Source: Candidatus Zixiibacteriota bacterium
GTDB lineage: Bacteria > Zixibacteria > MSB-5A5 > WJJR01
NCBI GenBank assembly: GCA_036170655.1
Contig: JAVHPP010000131.1
Location: 4,888 to 32,485 of the forward strand
Length of the DNA stretch: 27,598 bases
Direction of reading: 5' to 3'
Below, one piece after another: positions 8,928-17,174 of the stretch. The notes under the pieces are model-generated. The model was not told the origin of the DNA and did not search any database. It was given only the letters and a program-made list of their open reading frames with translations. The position numbers were made by a program, and so were the translations under genes. Numbering within the stretch: the stretch's first letter is position 1; every line of letters starts with the position of its first letter.

Positions 8928-9695
8928 TCAGTTATCGGCGCGAGCCAGGCTGGTGTCGCGCGCGGGAGACACGAGCGCCTCGGGCTCCGACAGACTCATG
9001 CGCTGCGAGAGAAGCACCACATCGACACGGCGGTTCTGCGCCATGTGTTCGGGGGTATCGTTCGGGACAATCGGGCGGTATTCGCCGAAACCGAGGGCGG
9101 AGATGCGTTGCGGCGCACATCCCGCCGAGTCGACCAGAAAACGCAGCACCGATGTCGCCCGCGACGCCGACAGTTCCCAGTTGGAGGGAAATCGCAGCGT
9201 ATTGATGGCACGGTTGTCGGTGTAACCCTCCACGCGCAGGTGGTTGGAAACGTCTTTGATTTCCGCGCCAATGACACGCAGGACCGATAGCGCCTTTGGA
9301 TTCAGGTCGGCCCTTCCTTCATCAAACAGGGTGGCGTCTTTGACGGAGATGACCAGTCCGCGTTCTGTCACTTCCGCTGATACTGACGATTCCATGCTCT
9401 GCTTCTTGACCTGCTGCTGCAGTTGCTGTTGCATCAGCCGCAATTCACCGGTTTTCAACGGGCCACCGCCGAGGAGCCGGTCGGACGCAAACACCTCGCG
9501 TTCCCGTTGGGCCAGATCAGTCCCGCGCAGGGCCCCGGAGAGAGCGTTGGTCACCGCGCCAAACTTCTTGGCGTCGATCTTTGACATCGAGTACATGACG
9601 ATGAAAAACGCCAGCAGCAGCGTGATCAGGTCCGCATAGGTCAGAAGCCAGCGTTCCTGGTTTTCATGTACGCCGGGGCGCTTGCGGTTACGCAT
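8928..9695 (-). CDS. motB: Flagellar stator protein MotB (OmpA-like peptidoglycan-binding domain)
   Basis: WLLTYADLITLLLAFF with the conserved Asp; VEGYTDN, SNWELSASRA, NRRVDV. Confidence 0.92.
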   Translation of the reverse strand: MRNRKRPGVHENQERWLLTYADLITLLLAFFIVMYSMSKIDAKKFGAVTNALSGALRGTDLAQREREVFASDRLLGGGPLKTGELRLMQQQLQQQVKKQSMESSVSAEVTERGLVISVKDATLFDEGRADLNPKALSVLRVIGAEIKDVSNHLRVEGYTDNRAINTLRFPSNWELSASRATSVLRFLVDSAGCAPQRISALGFGEYRPIVPNDTPEHMAQNRRVDVVLLSQRMSLSEPEALVSPARDTSLARADN

Positions 9696-9719
9696 GAGAG
9701 TTCTGCCTTGCTGCTAACT

Positions 9720-9779
9720 GCCATCCCCGCGTTCGCGGGGGTGAGATCAACCGTCATTCCCGCGCAAGCGGGGAGTCCA
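9720..9779 (+). repeat. CGTC-type REP-like hairpins between motA and motB
   Basis: CGTCATTCCCGCGCAAGCGGGGAGTCCA (9752-9779) and a degenerate GCCATCCCCGCGTTCGCGGGGGTGA (9720-9744). Confidence 0.65.
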
Positions 9780-9806
9780 TTTTCTGCATCGTCCTGCCCA
9801 TCGCCG

Positions 9807-10562
9807 TTACTGGCGTTCATTCGGATGAATAAACGACATGAGTTTTTCACGTATCAGCCGCGGATTTTCGCCGGACTGGATGGCCTTGGTCCCCTCAAGA
9901 ATGAGCCCGAGATAAAGCATCTCCTCGTCGTGCCGGAATTTCAGCTTGTCGGAGATCGGCAGATACAGAAGGTTGGCGAGGCTGACCCCCCAGAGCGTGG
10001 CGATGAACGCCGAGGCGATTGATGCCGCCATCTTGCTGGCGTCTTCGGTGTTGGCCAGTGTGTGGATCAGACCCAGCACGGTCCCGATGATGCCCAGCGT
10101 CGGCGAGAATCCCCCCATCTTGTTGAACAGCAGCATCCCGTTTTTATGACGTTCCTCGATATTGACCATTTCGTTTTCCATGACACTGGCCAGCACGGTC
10201 ACTTCTGTTCCATCCACTACAAGTTGCATGGCTTTGTGAAAGAACGATTCCTTGATGGCCGCCAGATCCCGTTCCAAACCGAGGACCCCCTCGCGGCGGG
10301 CTTGCTCCGCCATCCGGGCAATACGGTCGATCGTGTCCAATGGATTCGGCGTCCGGCCAAACATTGCGATCCGCAGATACTGGGGGATATGCGTGAGTGT
10401 CGAAAAAGACGTGGTCACCATTGAAGCGCCGAGCGTTCCCCCAATTACGAGGAGCATGGCGGGGAATTGAAACACCGAGGAGAGGTGGCCGCCTTCCAGC
10501 ACAAAGCCGGTCACGACTGCCGAAAACCCCAAGATCAATCCGCCGATGGTTGCGATATCCAT
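9807..10562 (-). CDS. motA: Flagellar stator protein MotA
   Basis: MDIATIGG, LEGG, PAMLLVIGGTLGA, ARREGVLGLE, SPTLGIIGTVLGLI, AFIATLWG, IQSGENP. Confidence 0.93.
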   Translation of the reverse strand: MDIATIGGLILGFSAVVTGFVLEGGHLSSVFQFPAMLLVIGGTLGASMVTTSFSTLTHIPQYLRIAMFGRTPNPLDTIDRIARMAEQARREGVLGLERDLAAIKESFFHKAMQLVVDGTEVTVLASVMENEMVNIEERHKNGMLLFNKMGGFSPTLGIIGTVLGLIHTLANTEDASKMAASIASAFIATLWGVSLANLLYLPISDKLKFRHDEEMLYLGLILEGTKAIQSGENPRLIREKLMSFIHPNERQ

Positions 10563-10692
10563 GGTGTGACCATGCGGAGCACGGTCGTAGTCCCCGCCCG
10601 GGACAACGCCCGCTGACTGCACTCCTGCTCTTTCGTGGGCTGTGTTTCACGCTCCGCACTCCTTGCGGGGCGAGAAGCAGTCCACGTTCGGA

Positions 10693-10719
10693 TTATCGGC
10701 GTACGTGCAGAGTCGCTTA
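10693..10719 (-). promoter_or_regulatory. Sigma28 (FliA) promoter of motAB
   Basis: Minus strand reads TAAG-N15-GCCGATAA against the consensus TAAA-N15-GCCGATAA, about 130 bp upstream of motA. Confidence 0.8.
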
Positions 10720-10888
10720 AGCGTCTGTTTTCCAGTGAATTGCGCGTATCAGCTCGTGGCCACGGCCGTGCATTTATGGAGGCACTGAACGGGCGAGCCA
10801 CTGCGAGCATCGGAAGAAAGAGCGGTTTTCCACTTGCGCAGGACTGACGCCTCAAGTTCTTTCGACAGACACACCGTGGAGTGGTACA

Positions 10889-11440
10889 ATGCCAGTTCCC
10901 ACGCTCACCATTGGCAACACGCGGCTGGAAATCGAGCGCTGTGACATCACCACGGAGAAAACCGACGCGATTGTGAACGCGGCCAACACCGGCCTGCGCG
11001 GCGGTGGTGGTGTCGATGGCGCGATCCATCATGCGGGCGGACCGTCGATCATGGCCGAATGCCGCAAGATTGGACGCTGCCCCACCGGAAAAGCCGTCGT
11101 GACCAGCGCCGGGCAGTTGAAAACCAAGTGGGTCATCCACGCCGTCGGGCCGATCTATGCCGGTCTTGCAGCCGATGCCACGGAGCTGGCTTCCGCCTAT
11201 CGCGAGAGCCTGATGCGCGCGCTCGAAGTCGGGGCCCAATCAATCTCATTCCCTTCGATTTCAACCGGGGCTTATGGGTATCCCGTCCGTCAGGCCGCAC
11301 CAATCGCCATCGGCACCGTGCTGAAATTCGTGGAAGAGAACCCCGGCAAGTTCGATCTGCTTCGTTTTGTGCTGTTTTCGGATGGTGATTACGCAACGTA
11401 CTTTGCCGAGTTCACCCGGCGCGGGGCGGTGCGGGGGTAG
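10889..11440 (+). CDS. ymdB: Macrodomain O-acetyl-ADP-ribose deacetylase (YmdB/MacroD type)
   Basis: DITTEKTDAIVNAAN, GGGGVDGAIH, VIHAVGP, SISFPSISTGAYGYP; GGAG RBS. Confidence 0.9.
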   Translation: MPVPTLTIGNTRLEIERCDITTEKTDAIVNAANTGLRGGGGVDGAIHHAGGPSIMAECRKIGRCPTGKAVVTSAGQLKTKWVIHAVGPIYAGLAADATELASAYRESLMRALEVGAQSISFPSISTGAYGYPVRQAAPIAIGTVLKFVEENPGKFDLLRFVLFSDGDYATYFAEFTRRGAVRG

Positions 11441-11457
11441 GGTACCTCCCTCACACG

Positions 11458-12086
11458 TGTGTGCCACTGACTTCAGTCAGTGGATCAACGCGAGAAACCC
11501 ATGAGTCACCGCAAGAGTTTCAACGTTGAAGCACACGTTCACTTCCTGACGTTTTCGTGTTATCAACGACAGCCGATGCTCACAGGCGAATTCGAGTGTG
11601 CCACTCTTGTAGAATCCCTCCAGGCCGCCCGTGAGATCGAACGATTTGCTCTCTGGGCGTATGTCATCATGCCCGAGCACGTTCACTTGCTCATTCATCC
11701 GCGAGAACCCGTCTACTCAATGGCCTCGATCCTGCGACGAATCAAGGAACCTGTCTCAAGAAGGATCATCGCACAGTGGCGTATCAGCAGTCCCAGTCGC
11801 CTTGCCCAGACGCTGGATGTCATGCGCGGCCGGCATATCTATCGCCTCTGGCAGCCTGGAGGCGGGTTCGATCGCAACCTCTACACTCAGGACTTAATCC
11901 CGAAGGCAATTGATTACATTGAGTGGAATCCGGTACGGCGAGGGCTGACAGATGACCCGGGTTCGTGGCGGTGGTCAAGCGCTGCTGCCAGAGCCGGGAT
12001 GAGTGATGCGCCGCTCAGGATTGATCCCGTTGAGTGGGAGCTGACTCCTGCCGTCGAAAACCACTGACTGAAGTCAGTGGCACACA
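11458..12086 (+). mobile_element. Compact REP-RAYT-REP unit (629 bp)
   Basis: Exact 26-bp inverted repeats TGTGTGCCACTGACTTCAGTCAGTGG at 11458-11483 and 12061-12086, each with a CCACTGAC/GTCAGTGG hairpin, enclosing RAYT2. Confidence 0.8.
11501..12067 (+). CDS. REP-associated tyrosine transposase (RAYT / Y1 HUH TnpA), copy 2
   Basis: HFLTFSCY, HUH motif AYVIMPEHVHLL, LWQPGGGFDRNL, catalytic Tyr in DYIEWNPVRRGL, WRWSSA. The ORF-track GTG at 11480 lies inside the REP, so ATG 11501 is preferred. Confidence 0.92.
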   Translation: MSHRKSFNVEAHVHFLTFSCYQRQPMLTGEFECATLVESLQAAREIERFALWAYVIMPEHVHLLIHPREPVYSMASILRRIKEPVSRRIIAQWRISSPSRLAQTLDVMRGRHIYRLWQPGGGFDRNLYTQDLIPKAIDYIEWNPVRRGLTDDPGSWRWSSAAARAGMSDAPLRIDPVEWELTPAVENH

Positions 12087-12198
12087 TTTCTGAGATTCCA
12101 GCTTGACAGTGACCGGGGTCACGGGCACCCGGCTTCCCCGGCGAAGTGTTAATTCGACGCCGGGATGGATTCCGACAGCAATCTGTGGGGCACCCGGC

Positions 12199-12444
12199 TT
12201 ACTTGGGATGGGGAATGACATCGATCAACTGATAAGTGTTTCCCTCGATAAGGAAATAGAATCGCCAGTCACGGTTCACTCGCGCCTGCCAGATACCGCG
12301 CGTTTCATCGTACTTCTTCGCCCGCAAAGACGGGTGCCGCAGGTTTTCGACCAATAGCGTGAGACGACGTTCAATCGCCCGCCTGACCTCCGGTGGAGCG
12401 TGCTCGTAGCTGCGGCGGAAGCGCTCGGAGTAGACCAGCCGCAT
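12199..12444 (-). CDS. Type II TA toxin, RelE/ParE superfamily
   Basis: 81 aa, basic; YSERFRRSY, RHPSLRAKK, IWQARVNRDWRFYF; directly after the antitoxin stop. Confidence 0.8.
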   Translation of the reverse strand: MRLVYSERFRRSYEHAPPEVRRAIERRLTLLVENLRHPSLRAKKYDETRGIWQARVNRDWRFYFLIEGNTYQLIDVIPHPK

Positions 12445-12705
12445 CTACGCGCGTCTGGCCTTCCGTGACTTTCGGAGATGCCGAATCGCTTCCTTGGCTG
12501 ATGAGAAGGGTCCATGGACGCGCCCCGCCTTGATGTCCTCGAGGCCCTCCGTCAGGCGCTTCTCAATCAGTTCCTTGGGGGTGAGGACAAGCTTGTCCCC
12601 ATCCAGTTCAACTTCCAGGTAGTCCCCGGGGGTCAGCCGGAGCTGGTCATAGACCTTCTTGGGGATAACGATCTGCCGGCTCACGCCGATCTTCACTGCG
12701 GCCAC
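12445..12705 (-). CDS. AbrB/MazE/SpoVT-family antitoxin
   Basis: KIGVSRQIVIPKKVYDQLRLTPGDYLEV...LVLTPK, then EGLEDIKAGRVHGPF. GTG 12705 with GGAGG RBS. Confidence 0.85.
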   Translation of the reverse strand: MAAVKIGVSRQIVIPKKVYDQLRLTPGDYLEVELDGDKLVLTPKELIEKRLTEGLEDIKAGRVHGPFSSAKEAIRHLRKSRKARRA

Positions 12706-12834
12706 AAGACGCCTCCATCTCCAACAATTGTGAAACCATATTTCCATATAATCATACGGGGCAGCGGGGAAAACGACGGGGATTTTCTGCGGCAGTCAAA
12801 GACGGGTGGCCAGCACGCGTGGCCGCAATCTTCC

Positions 12835-12964
12835 GGGCGTGTTGAAAAAACGGGCAGACAAGAGTGTCTGCCCCACTCTCTGTTCTGGAAGTCCATGTCT
12901 CTCAGTGGCGCGGACACTCCTGTCCGCGCATCTGGAGCGCGACTGAGGGGTTTTCAACACCCCC
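12835..12964. mobile_element. MITE-like element with IS-like terminal inverted repeats and two internal GTGG-REPs
   Basis: Ends GGGCGTGTTGAAAA / TTTTCAACACCCCC match 13/14; internal REPs at 12852-12876 (-) and 12905-12929 (+). Confidence 0.65.
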
Positions 12965-13064
12965 CTTCAATTGCGGTCTTTGACAAAAAGGCGTCGCGGC
13001 TCGTTCATCGTCCTTCAGGTGATCGCGTCCAGATTCAACGGTTGAGCCGCAGGACGGCGTCATT

Positions 13065-13104
13065 GTCCGCCTCCGGCGGACGCGCGATCAGAGATCGCGG
13101 CCAC
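13065..13104 (-). repeat. Adjacent hairpins GTCCGCC-TCC-GGCGGAC and GTGG-REP GTGGCCGCGATCTCTGATCGCG
   Basis: Two 7-bp perfect stems at 13065-13081 and 13083-13104, the second with a GTGG foot. Confidence 0.55.
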
Positions 13105-13127
13105 GCATGTTATACAATCGTCGTTGC

Positions 13128-13589
13128 TCATTCATCTTTCACACAACTCACTCTATCGCCGGAGTCGCACCGCGTTACGGGCACCCGGCTCTTCTCCCTC
13201 AACTCCTCAAAATGGATTGGAGATCTTGCTTGCTTTCGGGCGTCGACGTACAGCCACGCAAGATGGCGAAACTCGCGCTCCCCATCCGAGACCGGTGCGA
13301 CGAATAGATAATGGAAAAGGACGTATGACTCATGGCACATCCGCGCCAAACCCATGATCGAAAACGGATCCCTCCATGTGGTTTTGAGTCCGAACTCTTC
13401 TACGGGCGTGCCTCTGTAGAGAACCAAGACGGAGATTGCGTGTTGGAGGACTTTGTATGTCAGAACCTCAGCATCGCCAAGACGCTCGTCGTTGAAAGGC
13501 ATTCCCGCCAACGCTTCGGATTGCAGACAGACAACGCGTAAGATGCGCCCGAAGTCACGCTCCAACGATTCGTTTCTGTGGAATGTCAT
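13128..13589 (-). pseudogene. Probably truncated DUF5677-like helical protein
   Basis: DPFSIMGLARMCHESYVLFHYLF...EREFRHLAW resembles DUF5677 proteins (recognition from memory); the sequence loses its protein-like character at the repeat at 13179-13190. Confidence 0.5.
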
Positions 13590-13638
13590 TTCGTGTGCAG
13601 TCCGTGGCAATCAACCGCGGCTGGGCCTCAGCTTCCCC

Positions 13639-15078
13639 TCACACCTTCCGCTTCCACCGCGTTCCCGCGGCCGTGTCTTCGAGGATCACGCCCTTGGCGG
13701 CGAGTTCGGCGCGGATCTCGTCGGAACGCGCCCATTGCTTGTTCGCGCGGGCTTGCTCGCGGTCACGGATCAGGCGTTCGATCTCGGTGTCGTCGGCTGA
13801 TGTGGTTGCGTGATCGTCGAGGACACCGATGACGCGGTCGAAATCAGAGAGCAGTGTGAGGGCCTTGCCGGCGTCGGCGTGATCGAGTGTGCCGGCATCA
13901 ACGCGGCGATTGGTCTCGCGCAGGAAGTCGAACAGTACACCGAGGCCGCCGGAGATGTTCAGGTCGTTGTCGAGATTGTCGTCGAAATCGTGGCGCGCGC
14001 CGGAGACGACATCGGCAAAATCAGTATGGCTGGGACCCTCGCAGGTGATCTCCGACAGGCGTTGCCGGAAGTCGCGCAGCCGTCCAATCGCGGACCGGGC
14101 GGCATCGAGTCCTTCCATGGTGAAGTTCAATTGCTGGCGGTAGTGCGTGGACAAAAGCAGGTAGCGGACTGCGATCGGTGGTATCCCCTGCCCTGTCAGG
14201 TCGCGCAGGGTGTAGAAATTCCCGAGCGACTTCGCCATGCGCCGGCCATCGACGATCAGGTGTTCGGCATGCAGCCAGTAGTTGGCGAATGGCTGCCCGG
14301 TGGCGGCCTCCGACTGGGCGATTTCGTTTTCATGATGGGGAAAGATGTTGTCGACGCCGCCGGTGTGGATGTCGAACGGCCGGCCCAGATATTTTTCGGA
14401 CATGGCCGAGCACTCGATATGCCATCCGGGGCGTCCGCGTCCCAGCGGCGTGTCCCAGAAGACCGTCCCATCTTGCGGATCCCATGTCTTCCAGAGGGCG
14501 AAATCCGAGACGGCGTCCTTCTCGTATTCATCCGAATTGACACGGGCGCCGGACTTGAGTTCCGCGAGATTCATGTGCGATAGTTCACCGTAGCGCGGGA
14601 ACGACGAGATACGGAAATACACCGACCCGTCATCGGCTTTGTAGGCATGACCGCGTGACAGCAACGCCTCGACAATCGCAACCATCTCCGGGATGTGACG
14701 TGTGGCTTCGGGATAGAACTCGGCGCGTTCAATGCCGAGCGTGTCGAGGTCCTCAAAGAACGCGGCCTTGAACGGCGCCGTGTATTCGTCGAGGGGAATA
14801 CCCTTCGCGTTGCACCCCTTGATCGTCTTGTCATCGACATCGGTGAGGTTCATCACCTGTGTGACTCTATATCCTTTGTACTTAAGATACCGCCGCAGCA
14901 GATCTTCGAAGAGAAAAGTCCGGAAATTGCCGATATGCGCGAGGCCGTAGACAGTCGGTCCGCACGTGTACATGCGGACCTCGCCCAGATGAACCGGAAC
15001 AAAATCCACCAACGCGCGCCGGCGTGTATCAAAGAATCGCACCGGCGCCCCGTTCGCCGCCCCGGCCATCACCGTCAC
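13639..15078 (-). CDS. cysS: Cysteine--tRNA ligase
   Basis: MYTCGPTVY, HIGN, DFALWK, GRPGWHIECSAM, FPHHENE, RMAKSLGN (KMSKS); GTGA overlap with the upstream gene. Confidence 0.98.
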   Translation of the reverse strand: MTVMAGAANGAPVRFFDTRRRALVDFVPVHLGEVRMYTCGPTVYGLAHIGNFRTFLFEDLLRRYLKYKGYRVTQVMNLTDVDDKTIKGCNAKGIPLDEYTAPFKAAFFEDLDTLGIERAEFYPEATRHIPEMVAIVEALLSRGHAYKADDGSVYFRISSFPRYGELSHMNLAELKSGARVNSDEYEKDAVSDFALWKTWDPQDGTVFWDTPLGRGRPGWHIECSAMSEKYLGRPFDIHTGGVDNIFPHHENEIAQSEAATGQPFANYWLHAEHLIVDGRRMAKSLGNFYTLRDLTGQGIPPIAVRYLLLSTHYRQQLNFTMEGLDAARSAIGRLRDFRQRLSEITCEGPSHTDFADVVSGARHDFDDNLDNDLNISGGLGVLFDFLRETNRRVDAGTLDHADAGKALTLLSDFDRVIGVLDDHATTSADDTEIERLIRDREQARANKQWARSDEIRAELAAKGVILEDTAAGTRWKRKV

Positions 15079-16184
15079 GCCTTTCGTCCCTTTCGCTCCG
15101 TTACCGGTGGCGTGAGTCCAGTGAGCGCGCCTACGGTCTTCTGATCGAGTGCCTTGACGACCGCGGTGGCCAGTTTCAGCGACGCATCATAGTCGGAGCG
15201 GGCGAAGATCGCATTGTGGGAATGAATGTACCGCACAGCGGGACCGATCGACACCGTGGGGACCCCGCCACGCGACAGGTGAATGCGCCCGCCATCAGTG
15301 GCGCCGCGTTCCATCGAACTAAGGTGATACTTAACCTTGTTGCGTTCCGCGATGTCGATGACCAGTTGCAACAGGGCCTTGCTGGGGATCATGCCCGCAT
15401 CGAAGACGCCGATCGACACGCCGCCGCCCAGCCGTTCATCAGCTTTCTCGTCCAAGCCGGGCGTGTCCCTGGCGATGCCAACATCGAGCACCAAAGCGAC
15501 ATCCGGATTGACCGTCCATGCCGCCGTCGCGGCTCCCCGCAGCCCGACTTCCTCCTGCACACTGCCGACACCGAACAGCGTATTGGGCAGCGTATTCGGC
15601 TTGAACGCATTCAACACATCGCACACGAGGGCGCAGGCGATCCGGTTGTCAAAGGCCTTGGCCAGATACAGTTTCGGGTTCCCCATGATCTGGAAATCGG
15701 ACAGCGGCGTGACAAAATCACCCTTACGGACACCAAGTTTCTTCACCACATCAAAACCGTCCATCACCCCAACATCAATGTATATGTCCCTCGGCAGAAT
15801 CACCTTCTTGCGGTCCTCCTCCGGGAGCAGATGCGGCGGCGTGGAGCCGAACACGCCGAGCACCGGGCCTTTGCGTGTTTGGATCAGCACGCGCTGGGAT
15901 AACATGACATGCCCCCACCAGCCGCCGAGCGGGATGATCTTGATGAATCCTTGCTTGGTGATTTCACGCACGACGAATCCGACTTCGTCCATGTGCGCCC
16001 CGACCAGCACGCGCGGGGATGCGGACTTTCCCGGAACTTCCGCAATCAGCGAGCCCAACCGGTCGGTCGACACTTTGGCATACGGCGGCAGGTACGACGC
16101 CATGACCGCGCGGATCGCGTTCTCATCCCCTGAGGCACCATGCGCCTCGGTCAATGCCTTCAGCAGCAATTCGGTCTTGTCCAC
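15075..16184 (-). CDS. M42-family metallo-aminopeptidase
   Basis: AHMDEVG, PLGGWW, AKAFDNR, VQEEVGLRGA, LDVG, GATDGG, RYIHS. Confidence 0.93.
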   Translation of the reverse strand: MDKTELLLKALTEAHGASGDENAIRAVMASYLPPYAKVSTDRLGSLIAEVPGKSASPRVLVGAHMDEVGFVVREITKQGFIKIIPLGGWWGHVMLSQRVLIQTRKGPVLGVFGSTPPHLLPEEDRKKVILPRDIYIDVGVMDGFDVVKKLGVRKGDFVTPLSDFQIMGNPKLYLAKAFDNRIACALVCDVLNAFKPNTLPNTLFGVGSVQEEVGLRGAATAAWTVNPDVALVLDVGIARDTPGLDEKADERLGGGVSIGVFDAGMIPSKALLQLVIDIAERNKVKYHLSSMERGATDGGRIHLSRGGVPTVSIGPAVRYIHSHNAIFARSDYDASLKLATAVVKALDQKTVGALTGLTPPVTERKGRKA

Positions 16185-16245
16185 TATCTCCTCCCAGGTT
16201 TACCGGATGACTCTTCCCCCGTTGCGTCATTGAGACTAAATATCA

Positions 16246-16274
16246 ATTATAAACAATCGCCAGACCCGCCACAA
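16246..16274 (-). promoter_or_regulatory. Putative sigma70 promoter for M42 peptidase-cysS
   Basis: TTGTGG-N17-TATAAT in an AT-rich gap. Confidence 0.4.
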
Positions 16275-16365
16275 GTGCAATCAAGTGTGACACTCTGACA
16301 CAATGGGCAGCCATAACGCCTCGAAGCCCACCGAAGCGGGATCTTCGACGTTTGCCTGCCGCGGT

Positions 16366-17163
16366 TCAGACGGGAATCAATTCGAGCAACTCCGACAGCG
16401 ATGCGATCTCCACCGATTCGGTAAGCCCAGCCACATAACGCCGCCCCGGACGGCGGACAAGGACGGCTGTCATCCCGAGACGCTGCGGTCCGAGGATGTC
16501 TTCTTTCTGGCGGTCGCCGACATACAGGCACCGTTTCACTGGCACACCAAGCCGTGATGCAACCAGCTGGAACGGCGCGGGATGCGGTTTGCGATATGCG
16601 CCCGTCGACGTGAACACGGCCGCATCGAGAAATCGCCACAATCCGAACGAGATCAATTCTTCCCGGTGGTCGCGCGCACGAAAGCAAGTGTTTGACAGAA
16701 GGCCAACTTTGTAACCGGCCTGCTTGAGTTTCTGCAAGACCACCAGTGCATCCGAGTACATGGTCACACCGCGACGAATGGGCGCATAGTACGCGTTGCT
16801 GAGTTCTTCCAGTTGACCGAGCCGGAGTGTGATACCAAAGAACCGGGTCTGGTCACGCAGGAGATCGCCAATCCGATACTCACGCGATGATTCCGTGATG
16901 CGCTGACGCCTGCGCTCCAGCAAAAGGTCGAACTGCTGCCAGAAGGCGTCGATCTCCGGCAACCGGTACCCGAATCGCTCGAGCCGACGATAGACCTCAT
17001 CGAGACAACAACGATACAGCACCGGCCAGGGAACGTTCTCAAACTCCAGCAGGGTGCTGCCCATGTCGAAGATGATCGCCGCGAATTGTCCACCAGAGGG
17101 CGGACTGACGACGCGACGACGCGAGGGGGCAAGAGTGGCTGCGGCAGTGATGATTGTGGTCAT
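16366..17163 (-). CDS. HAD-superfamily hydrolase
   Basis: IIFDMGSTLL, LLSNT, RKPHP, YVGDRQKEDILG. Start uncertain; the upstream extension translates a REP. Confidence 0.85.
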   Translation of the reverse strand: MTTIITAAATLAPSRRRVVSPPSGGQFAAIIFDMGSTLLEFENVPWPVLYRCCLDEVYRRLERFGYRLPEIDAFWQQFDLLLERRRQRITESSREYRIGDLLRDQTRFFGITLRLGQLEELSNAYYAPIRRGVTMYSDALVVLQKLKQAGYKVGLLSNTCFRARDHREELISFGLWRFLDAAVFTSTGAYRKPHPAPFQLVASRLGVPVKRCLYVGDRQKEDILGPQRLGMTAVLVRRPGRRYVAGLTESVEIASLSELLELIPV

Positions 17164-17174
17164 AGAATGTGTTC

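Larger units (their letters stand above)
12123..13190 (+). repeat. Three direct copies of GGGCACCCGGCT (12123-12134, 12188-12199, 13179-13190)
   Basis: Exact 12-mer seen three times, each preceded within about 30 nt by a (G)CCGG able to pair with its CCGG(C). Confidence 0.7.

Noticed and set aside
8928..10562. MotA/MotB pair as Zorya ZorAB or ExbBD/TolQR
   Set aside because: MotA is normal length with no long ZorA tail, there is no zorC/D/E, flagellar motifs are present and there is a sigma28 promoter.
10563..10692. c-di-GMP riboswitch in the motA leader
   Set aside because: Only a short hairpin is present; the c-di-GMP-I GGCAAA/GAAA-loop/GACGCAAA pattern is not seen.
10862..10890. TCGACA-N17-TACAAT sigma70-like promoter
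   Set aside because: The -10 box overlaps the macrodomain ATG and the spacer contains its RBS, so it cannot transcribe the full gene; probably coincidental, though it could read into RAYT2.
5658..12067. The two Y1 transposases as IS605 elements with TnpB/IscB RNA-guided nucleases
   Set aside because: No RuvC/zinc-finger TnpB or IscB ORF lies next to either; the only RuvC in the window is the housekeeping resolvase.
10889..12444. Macrodomain plus nearby toxin as a DarTG-like or other ADP-ribosylation system
   Set aside because: The macrodomain is a stand-alone MacroD/YmdB type; the toxin is RelE-like, on the opposite strand and has its own antitoxin.
12514..13311. 265-aa plus-strand ORF across the accessory patch
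   Set aside because: It runs antisense to the antitoxin and translates MITE/REP sequence (GRQECLPH, GADTPVRA).
11441..13638. Classical integron cassette array
   Set aside because: No intI, and no RYYYAAC...GTTRRRY attC cores found at the gene ends.
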